Shown: piece after piece, positions 1 through 7,400 of the stretch
How positions within the stretch are numbered: position 1 is the first letter of the stretch
Layout: the number at the start of each line of letters is the position of its first letter
Origin: Dickeya solani IPO 2222
GTDB lineage: Bacteria > Pseudomonadota > Gammaproteobacteria > Enterobacterales > Enterobacteriaceae
Direction of reading: 5' to 3'
Assembly: GCF_001644705.1 (NCBI RefSeq)
Contig: NZ_CP015137.1
Location: 1,530,001-1,562,000 of the forward strand
DNA: 32,000 nt
Translations under genes and position numbers: made by a program
Notes under the pieces: model-generated
The model's database searches: none
Told to the model about the DNA's origin: nothing
The model's input: only the letters and a program-made list of their open reading frames with translations

Positions 1-507
1 GATGTCCATCGCCGTATAGGCGCGATAACATGCCGAGCTGTCCAGGCTTCTGGTGGTACACTGGGTCTGCAAAGCGCGGATATCGACCGGTAATGGTGTT
101 GCCGGAGTAGAAACTGACTCCCCGTCATCAGGCAACGCTGTTACTCGGGCCTGCCCCCGACAATGTGTGATTCTGCCGGCCCCTCCAACAGCAGAATCCT
201 CGCTGTAGATCTCAAAACTGATGTGGTCGTTATCTTCAGGACACAGATCGATAGACACGGTCAATCCCGCCGCCTGAACGCTCATCGGTCTCACCCAACT
301 GATATTTTTCAGCATTATCTGGCTGGCATGACCTGCAGCATCAGTGATTGCGGCTCTGGCTAATTCCAGATAGGCAACCCCCGGCAGAACGTTCTGTCCT
401 TTAACAACATGGTCAGCCAGAAAAAATTCGTGCCCGGTAAAAAAACTGCGGTAACGCTGGGTAGCGAAATCTGACGTGTTTTGCTGCACAAGCGGGTGTA
501 TTTCTCG
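1..507 (-). other. DH domain, N-terminal part (cut by window edge)
   Basis: HPLVQQNTS...FFLADHVVKGQNVLPGVAYLE matches the HxxxGxxxxP dehydratase motif; catalytic His codon at 411..409. Confidence 0.8.
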
Positions 508-2469
508 CAGCATCCGATCTCCACGAGAGTCCGGGGGCGATATCGCCGCGGTATCTGCCTTACTCCAGTAATGTTCAAGGTGGAAAGGATACCGAGGCAG
601 AGAGCGTTTACTAAAACCAGACGTACCGAAGATCTGGGTCAGTGGGAAATCAACGCCTCTGACCCAGAGTTCCATCAGAAAACCTTTGTCATTCTCCCAG
701 TCCAGCGTTTTCAGCAACTCAGACAGCCGGTTATGGCGGGTAAATATATCAAGCGCCTTATTTTCATCTTGCTGTCCGGTTTTCAGGTAGTAAGACTTCT
801 GCCCATTGGCAGCAATAAACTGGGTCAGCTTATCCTGTAAATTGTCGATGCTGGTGTAACGGAAGACCGCCCGCTGATCAAACTTGTTTCTTGCCGTCAG
901 ATAGAAATATTCCAATGCTCCGGGGTGAATGTCATGGGATTGCTGCAAAAAGGCCAGAATAGATTCAGCATAGTGAATCCACTGCCATTCATGCATCGTT
1001 GACAGCGCCAGAAAATACACATCACCCTGCGGCTCATCACCGACGGCTTTTCTATGCGCGTGGAGATCGGCGGAGCGGGGATATTCCTCCAGCAGCAAAT
1101 GGGCGTTAACACCGCCGGCGCCGAAGTTATTAATCGCGGCCCTGCGGGGAATTTCTTTGCCGTTATCATCCAGCAGAGGCGGCCACTCTTCTGTCATGTT
1201 ATCGATATAAAAGCGTGAGCCTTCCAGGCTGATTTTGTCGCTACAGGCTGAAAAATCTTTGATTCCTGGCTTTTTCCGCGTTTTAAATGCATGCAGTACG
1301 CGAACCAGCGAAACCATCCCGGAAGCCGAATTGGCGTGACCCATATTAGGTTTGAGCGTACTGACTTTACACGGGCTGCGCGTTGACGGTTCCACACTCG
1401 CGTTTAACTGAGCATCGGCACGCTTGAACCCTTTAATTTCTTCAGCATCGGCCAGAAGCGATGAGGCGCCGTGAGCTTCCACATAGGTAACGGTGTCCGT
1501 ATCAATACCGGCCTGACGGTATGCATTAACAATCACGCTCGCCTGTGATTCCGCCGACGGCATCGTCAGGCTGCCATAGCCTCCGGTATGGTTCACATCA
1601 GAGCCTAAAATCACCCCATGAATGTTGTCCCGATCGGCAATAGCCTGCGATAGGCGCTTGAGCAAAACCGTCGCCGTAGCCTCCGCAGGCAAGAAACCTT
1701 TAGCATCGGCCTGAAAAGGAGAACAGACTGTTGCTCCCCCGAGAATGCCTAAAGACTCCTGCCCCAAATACGATCCGGCCAGAGCATCGCCAAATAACAG
1801 ATTGGCGGCGCCAACCAGTGCATAATCGGCTTCCCCGCGCAGTAACGCTTCTTTCGCCTGATGCAGAGCAACACTGGCACCGGAACAGGCGGTATCGATA
1901 TAGAAGCTTTTACCGTTGAAACGAAAAGCATGGGAGAGGTAATTCGGCAGAGACCAGGACATCATGCCCAATATGGAATAACTCGTAAGCTCAGCTTTGG
2001 CGAGAAAAGGCGTATAAGCAGCACCTTCCGAGGCAATATAAACATCGACTTTCGCCTCTCGTAACTGTTGAGGCAGATAACAAGCATCCTCCAGCGTATG
2101 CCATGCGGACATCAAAAGCAGGCGGGTTCTGGGGTCCATATATTCGGCTTCCATCGGACCTATATTGAACAGGTCAGGATCGAATCCGGCGATATCATTC
2201 AGAAATGCCCCATACCTGTTTTGCATCTCTGGCCCCGGAAAATGATTCTCCGGCACGAGAGAAAACAGAGACTCCTGTTGATCAAGTTTATGGCAAAAAT
2301 CTTCGATAGAATCAGCACCTGGGAAAAAACCTCCCACGCCGATAATGGCAACGGCTTCTTTTTTATGCACCGAAAAAAGATCATCAGGCCAGGAAAGGTT
2401 GCTACCTGCATCGCTCTGTATATCCGTTAATACCGTGGCATCTTTACTGTCGTTATTCTGCTTCGTCAC
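1..2469 (-). CDS. trans-AT polyketide synthase, N-terminal part (KS - flanking linker - DH...); 3' end runs off the window
   Basis: Absent from the ORF track (no stop in window). Hand translation of the minus strand from GTG 2469..2467 to position 1 gives 823 codons without a stop. GGAGG lies 7 nt upstream, and an in-frame TAA at 2535..2533 limits the N-terminus. Motifs: AVAIIGVGG, IDTACSGAS, YVEAHGASS, LKPNMGHANSASG, FGAGGVNAHLLLEEY, LPRYPFHLEHYW, then HPLVQQN...FFLADHVVKGQNVLPG. Confidence 0.9.
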   Translation of the reverse strand, partial: MTKQNNDSKDATVLTDIQSDAGSNLSWPDDLFSVHKKEAVAIIGVGGFFPGADSIEDFCHKLDQQESLFSLVPENHFPGPEMQNRYGAFLNDIAGFDPDLFNIGPMEAEYMDPRTRLLLMSAWHTLEDACYLPQQLREAKVDVYIASEGAAYTPFLAKAELTSYSILGMMSWSLPNYLSHAFRFNGKSFYIDTACSGASVALHQAKEALLRGEADYALVGAANLLFGDALAGSYLGQESLGILGGATVCSPFQADAKGFLPAEATATVLLKRLSQAIADRDNIHGVILGSDVNHTGGYGSLTMPSAESQASVIVNAYRQAGIDTDTVTYVEAHGASSLLADAEEIKGFKRADAQLNASVEPSTRSPCKVSTLKPNMGHANSASGMVSLVRVLHAFKTRKKPGIKDFSACSDKISLEGSRFYIDNMTEEWPPLLDDNGKEIPRRAAINNFGAGGVNAHLLLEEYPRSADLHAHRKAVGDEPQGDVYFLALSTMHEWQWIHYAESILAFLQQSHDIHPGALEYFYLTARNKFDQRAVFRYTSIDNLQDKLTQFIAANGQKSYYLKTGQQDENKALDIFTRHNRLSELLKTLDWENDKGFLMELWVRGVDFPLTQIFGTSGFSKRSLPRYPFHLEHYWSKADTAAISPPDSRGDRMLREIHPLVQQNTSDFATQRYRSFFTGHEFFLADHVVKGQNVLPGVAYLELARAAITDAAGHASQIMLKNISWVRPMSVQAAGLTVSIDLCPEDNDHISFEIYSEDSAVGGAGRITHCRGQARVTALPDDGESVSTPATPLPVDIRALQTQCTTRSLDSSACYRAYTAMDI
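1084..2361 (-). other. KS domain (Cys/His/His present; HGTGT motif reads HGASS)
   Basis: Cys codon 1887..1885 in DTACSGAS. EAHGASS replaces EAHGTGT. NMGH is present, and the domain ends FGAGGVNAHLLLEEY. Confidence 0.9.
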
Positions 2470-2476
2470 GTTAAAG

Positions 2477-2481
2477 CCTCC
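2477..2481 (-). promoter_or_regulatory. Shine-Dalgarno (GGAGG) for the PKS starting at 2469
   Basis: The minus strand reads AATTGGAGGCTTTAACGTG, with 7-nt spacing to the GTG. Confidence 0.6.
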
Positions 2482-2508
2482 AATTGCCTTACCTGCCACC
2501 GTTCCCCG

Positions 2509-2545
2509 GTCGCCGCACGCCCACTTTTGCGTTTAGTGCGGCGAC
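2509..2545. repeat. GC-rich inverted repeat (10-bp stem, 17-nt loop) in the 128-nt intergenic gap
   Basis: gtcgccgcac (2509-2518) is the exact reverse complement of gtgcggcgac (2536-2545). No U/T tract follows on either strand. Confidence 0.6.
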
Positions 2546-2597
2546 GGGAAATCAAAAGAGGGCGGTGCATTCCTTTTTTCTTCAGACGAACTGCTTA

Positions 2598-2960
2598 CTA
2601 ACTCGCTGACAGTTGTAACTTGTCCCGCTTAAATACCTTGACGGTACCGGTCTGGGAATCCCTGACCGCCACCAGACTGCCGAAGTTAAACTTCTTCAAT
2701 ACAAAATGATCGATCAGTTCCGCTTCAGAAAGCTCTTCTCCCAGGCGGTATTCTTTTTTATCGAAATCCTGCCATGATTCATCGGCCCGATACCGAAACC
2801 AAAGAGGCTTGAGCCGGTTATATTGCACGTTACCGCCCGCCAGAAATTCCTGGAGCGTATCTGCCGATGCCTGATCATCATTCAGAATGTAGTACGCTTT
2901 GTCCGTCGGACAAATAATCATATTGAACAGGCCGGAATTTATCAGATATTCCTTCATCAT
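2598..2960 (-). CDS. 120-aa protein of unknown family; candidate accessory subunit of the adjacent cupin enzyme (OocQ-like by position)
   Basis: ORF-track ORF. ATG 2960..2958 overlaps the upstream TGA 2959..2957 (ATGA); a second ATG follows directly. AAGGGAG lies just upstream. I can recognise no catalytic motif in MMKEYLINSGLFNMIICPTDKAYYILNDD... Confidence 0.7.
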   Translation of the reverse strand: MMKEYLINSGLFNMIICPTDKAYYILNDDQASADTLQEFLAGGNVQYNRLKPLWFRYRADESWQDFDKKEYRLGEELSEAELIDHFVLKKFNFGSLVAVRDSQTGTVKVFKRDKLQLSAS

Positions 2961-4123
2961 TTATCTCCCTTACTCAGGACGTCACTGGTGGTGGTGTAGG
3001 CAGAAAAATAATTCTCATCTCCGATAGTTTTGGATTTTTTACCTAAACTGTTGAAAATATCGAATTTGAATTTGATAAAAGACGGATCTGAATTCAGGAT
3101 ATTGTCATATACCGGCATAAGTGTTGGAACATCTTTTCCTTTCGTCATCGTATCCAGATTCACTTCCGTCATCCGCATATTAGCCATGATCTGCAATGGC
3201 GTAGTATTGATAACAGCGTGAGGCCAGTATTTCGTGAAAAAGAGGACATCGCCCGGTTCCAGATCGACATAGAATTTCGGCGCATAGGCATAAAGCGGGT
3301 TATGAATTTTATGGAAGTTAATATCGAGGCGAGCATCCATCTTGGCTGACATACCGTTTGCACCATCAAGAAACGGGCGCAAAATATATCCCAAACGGGG
3401 ATCGACAAAGTACCAGCGTTTTACTCCGCTGATCATCAGCGCGCAGGAAATATCATTACCCTGATGCCAGTTAGTTCCCCAGGTGCGAAGATTACCGACA
3501 AATAGCTGGCTGAAACTATTCGCTGAGTGGCCATGAAAAAGATCGAGAATTTTTCCGGCGCCGACTTCATCGATCAAATCAGGATAGTCATTAAAAATTT
3601 CCGCAGAGTTATTAATGTAGTAACTCACCTTGGAATCTTTATCCAATTGAGAACGGAGTATTTTTTCCAGCTTGAGTTTTTTCAAACTGTTTCCCTTCTC
3701 ATCATAGCCGACCGCAATAATCTCCGTATCTTTATAGTGCTCAATTAGATAATCATGGGTCCATTCCTGAACGGCCTTCGTGTCATTAAGAAAACCTTTG
3801 GCAATGATCGGCGGGTTGCTGGCGTCATTGATCATCTTCTGAAAAGTCGTCCGATCCATATCTGAAAAATCGTAGGATTTCATTTTGATGAAAGTGTCGG
3901 CACAGTCCGTCGCGGCTAAATCAGGATACGCCGCTTGCAGATCCGCTAATTTTTTCTCAAATAAATCACGTTCGAAACTCTCCATGAAATCGGGAGATTT
4001 CAACACCAGTCGCATATGCATCATAAAGTGGAAATTTGCCTGTTCTTCCTGATCCAGAAAGAAAGAGGGCATCATTTCAAACACTTTCCGCTGTGTTTCG
4101 CTTTGAATATCATATTTTTCCAT
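2957..4123 (-). CDS. JmjC/cupin-fold Fe(II)/2-oxoglutarate-dependent enzyme with H-x-G...H metal site (predicted halogenase; OocP-like by context)
   Basis: The longest ORF starts at TTG 4168 (403 codons, overlaps the ACP gene by 20 nt, no SD). The first ATG is 4123..4121 (Met16 of the track protein), preceded by AAGGGA about 8 nt upstream, so I prefer the 388-aa model. Core: GTNWHQGND (His235 codon 3466..3464, Gly237 3460..3458), ISGVKRWYFVDP, GDVLFFTKYWPHAVINT (His317 3220..3218). Residues are numbered on the 403-aa track ORF. Confidence 0.85.
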   Translation of the reverse strand: MEKYDIQSETQRKVFEMMPSFFLDQEEQANFHFMMHMRLVLKSPDFMESFERDLFEKKLADLQAAYPDLAATDCADTFIKMKSYDFSDMDRTTFQKMINDASNPPIIAKGFLNDTKAVQEWTHDYLIEHYKDTEIIAVGYDEKGNSLKKLKLEKILRSQLDKDSKVSYYINNSAEIFNDYPDLIDEVGAGKILDLFHGHSANSFSQLFVGNLRTWGTNWHQGNDISCALMISGVKRWYFVDPRLGYILRPFLDGANGMSAKMDARLDINFHKIHNPLYAYAPKFYVDLEPGDVLFFTKYWPHAVINTTPLQIMANMRMTEVNLDTMTKGKDVPTLMPVYDNILNSDPSFIKFKFDIFNSLGKKSKTIGDENYFSAYTTTSDVLSKGDK

Positions 4124-4148
4124 AAATATATTCCCTTGGGGTTCAGGC

Positions 4149-4418
4149 TCAGAGAAGAACCATTTCAAGGCGATTGAAATGATGTTTTTTCAAATATTCA
4201 CTCAATCCCTGAAGCGAATTGACTTCCAGAAACACAACTGGAGTCAGCTTGATAGAGAAAAACTTGTTCAGATCCGCGCAATATTGATTAACCTCCATCG
4301 ACTCAAATCCATATTCATCAATGTCGCTTTCCCACTCTATATCCGCTGGTTCACATTTCAGTATTTTTGCTGCTAGCGCAACAAGATAACCTGACAAAGC
4401 TTCGTCTAACTCACCCAT
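4149..4418 (-). CDS. free-standing acyl carrier protein (PKS-type, 89 aa)
   Basis: ATG 4418..4416 is preceded by GAGGTG (4428..4423). The sequence IDEYGFESMEVNQYCADLNKFF...LTPVVFLEVNSLQGLSEYL has the PP-binding helix II pattern, with Ser40 (codon 4301..4299) in GFES instead of G(F/L)DS. Confidence 0.85.
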   Translation of the reverse strand: MGELDEALSGYLVALAAKILKCEPADIEWESDIDEYGFESMEVNQYCADLNKFFSIKLTPVVFLEVNSLQGLSEYLKKHHFNRLEMVLL

Positions 4419-4422
4419 TATT

Positions 4423-4428
4423 CACCTC
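4423..4428 (-). promoter_or_regulatory. Shine-Dalgarno (GAGGTG) for the free-standing ACP
   Basis: The minus strand reads AATAGAGGTGAATAATG. Confidence 0.55.
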
Positions 4429-4481
4429 TATTTCATCCAGAAATCACAACACTAACTCCGTGTTTACTCCACGACAGAGCG

Positions 4482-7400
4482 CTATTCCGCTCCTGTCAAT
4501 ACCGAACTATTTTCATCAGCTGCCTTGATATCGTCGAAACCTTCGTGCCAGCAAAAGACCTTCTGCAATGGATTGACCGGTAGATGGAGTTTTTGTATCA
4601 ATTCACCCCGTCCTTCAGCCAGGCGCAACGGCGTCCAATCCACAGCATGACCCGCCAGCCAATCCATCACAGCGTGCCGAATGTCATCACTGAAATGGGA
4701 CAGCCCCCCCGCGATACCCGGCGACACGTGACGGCTGTCATAAATGTCAGTTTGATTACCCGCACGGGATCGCCAGCGCTGCAAACACTCCTGCAACTGC
4801 GCAATACTTGCCGCGCTGACAGCCAACCGTACGGTCCGATGTTCCCTGCCCTGTTGCAGGGTATATTCGAGTTGCTCCAGATAGACCGATTCAGTCGTAG
4901 GTTGCTTTTCTGCCGCCGGCGCCCCCGTAATAAACTTGCCCGCGGCAATATCTGCCTGAACGCGCGGCAAAAAATCCAGGTAATCACTCACCAGCATGGT
5001 TAATCTGGCTTCATCCGCTTCAGAAAACAGGAAAATAAAAGACCGGTTTGTCTGCCTGGCGGAAGACTTGAATAACTCGGCTCGTCGATCAGCGTCATAT
5101 TCCTCAAGCAGCAGGTGTGCATTCACTCCCCCAATACTCATGGAGTGGATAGCGCCTCGCCGGGGTACATGGCCATGCTTCTCCCAGGCCCGATCTTCTC
5201 TGAGTAGCTCAAAGCCATCGGTCAGGGTGATCCCTTCGTTCAGTTCTCCCAGCCCCTCGATTTTTGCCAGACGACGGTGGTACATCGACAACACCATTTT
5301 CACCAATACCGGAAAAGTCGATGCCGTTTCGGCATGACCGGCCAGCGGCTTGAGAGAACCAATGGCAATCGAAGACGCGCGACTTTCTGCTGAGGTATTG
5401 TTCACCCGGTCAGGGCTCTCCTGTTCTTTGCTCTCCTGTTCTTTGCTCCCCTGTTCTTTGCTCTCCTGCAGATAGGGGCCATATACCGCCTGAATAGCAA
5501 CCAATTCAGAAGCATCCCCCAACTGGGAACCGTTGGCTTCCGGTTCGATATACGAGATGGTCGCTGGGTCAATGCCAGCCTCGGTGAAAGCGGCTACGAT
5601 GGCCGACTTCTGCCCTTCAATATTCGGGCTATACCACTTCAGAGGGGCTTTACCGCCATGACTGATGCCGACTCCTTTTACATTGGCATAGATGGCATCC
5701 CCTTGCGCCAACGCCTCCGCCTCTGCTTTCAGAATAATGGCTCCGACGACTTCACTTTTCACATAGCCATCAGAGTCATGGGCAAAGCTTTTCGTCACTG
5801 GATGAGAGCTATACAGGGCTTGATCATCCGTGCGGTTCTGCATGAAGGGAGAAAGCCCCAGTTCCACCGTGGCAACAATAGCCTGCTGGCAACGCCCTTC
5901 ATTAATGGCGCTCATGGCATGCCTAATCGCCACCAGAAAGCTGGCACATCCGGTTTCAACAATTTCACTCAGCCCGGATAGGTTCAGAATATTTGAGATG
6001 CGATTGGCATAAGCTGATATTTGTTCCGCCTGAAAACGCCACTGTGCCGCCTGTGCCGGATCCATCCTGGCAGGAATATCCTGATAGCCTGAATGACCAC
6101 GCGTCGCCACAAAGAGTCCGGTTCGTTTTTCACGGAACTGACTCAGGGTATATCCGGCATCCGTCACGGATTGCCAGATGACTTCGAGTAACTTTCGTAT
6201 CTGGGGATCCAGCTTTTGAGCTTCCTTGTGGGGGACTTTGAACAGCTTGTGATCGAAATACTCGACCCCGTCGAGATAACCGCCGATTCTACTGCTACCA
6301 CTATCTCGCTCATCCAGAGCCATCAGGTATCTGCGCTTGTCGCTTAAGGCAGAAAGCGTCGTGCGGCCCGCACTCAGGTTTTCCCAGAATCTGGAGATAT
6401 GCTCCGCCTGAGGGAAAATGCCTGCCATACCGATAATACTGACATTCTGCTTCTGCCCTTTTCCGGTTACCGCTATCTTCTCATCCGCCTGCTGCTTCTC
6501 ATCCACCCGCTTTTGGGTATCCGCTTGCTTTTTGGGATCCCATTGTTCTTCGGGCAAGGTTTGGCTGCCAAGCTTTGCCAACTGCTCGCCAAAATGACTG
6601 CGCAGGTATTGCTGAATTTCCCCTATGGTGCGGTATTCCATAAACAGCGAGCGAGACACATCCGGGAATTTTCCCCGGATTTTGTTTAACAGGTCGACGG
6701 ACACCACCGAATCCATCCCCAGCTCTTCCAGAGCACGATCCGGGCTAATGATCTCTTCGGATACTTTGAGTTGCCGGCTGATCAGCCGTATCAGATAAGT
6801 CTCCAGATTAAAGTGTGAGTTGACCCCCTCTGGTGCGATGTCTTCCGATAACGGCGAAGGTACATCAGCTGATTTTTCCGGCACCGGGTGAACGCCATTT
6901 TCATCGGATAAGCGTTCAGCGACACGGCTTTCCCCCTGACCTTCTGGAAGCCAGAACCGCTGACGCTCGAATGGATAGGTCGGCAAGCTGAGACGACGTG
7001 GGCGTTGCCCCCGGTACAGACCAGACCAGTCAAACGCCAGTCCCTGACACCACAGGTTCAGCAACCTGGCGTATTTCCCACGCTCAGCCCATTTTGCAAT
7101 GGCTTCACTCAACTCTTCATCCGCAGAAAACTGAGCCAGCAGGGCTTTATTACTGCCGCGTTGACCCCGGTATGTGTCATCGGGGTTCCCGGCGTCATGC
7201 AGAAAACCGTCAATCTTCGCTATCAGCTCATCGAATGACTTCACGATCCATCCCAGCCGCGCATCCATCGCATCACGCCCGACTTGCAGCGTATAGGCCA
7301 GATTAGTCAACGTCAGAGAAGCGTCTTGACGATGCTGTTCCAGATAGTGCCTGAGATTCTGGGCGACCTGCCGTAAACGCACATCGTCTTTGGCCGACAG

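Noticed and set aside
897-1397. Small minus-strand ORFs of the track (897..1169, 1194..1397, 360..578, 1749..1931, 2199..2411) that seem to be the only minus-strand coding in 1..2500.
   Set aside because: They are out of frame with a continuous 823-codon KS-DH reading frame (1..2469). The track omitted that frame because it has no stop codon in the window. The real frame shows every KS and DH signature.
2509-2545. The hairpin considered as a Rho-independent terminator ending the cassette.
   Set aside because: No U tract follows the stem on the transcribed (minus) strand, the loop is large (17 nt), and the next gene follows in the same orientation with its own SD. It is kept only as a low-interest structural element.
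3452-3454. Calling the cupin enzyme an ordinary hydroxylase that uses Asp239 (H-Q-G-N-D) as the carboxylate ligand.
   Set aside because: In the gap-free alignment to the JmjC core the ligand position is H+2, which is Gly237. Asp239 at H+4 is not the canonical position. This remains the main alternative and is listed as the refutation test.
4124-4168. 15-codon N-terminal extension of the cupin gene (track start 4168).
   Set aside because: The start codon is TTG inside the ACP gene with no SD. The first ATG (4123) lies 25 nt after the ACP stop and has an AAGGGA box. The extension cannot be excluded.
2598-4418. The AT-rich three-gene block considered as a mobile element or genomic islet.
   Set aside because: I could find no transposase, integrase, terminal inverted repeats or flanking direct repeats. 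The genes are functionally integrated with the flanking KS0 and KS. It is reported only as a compositional anomaly.
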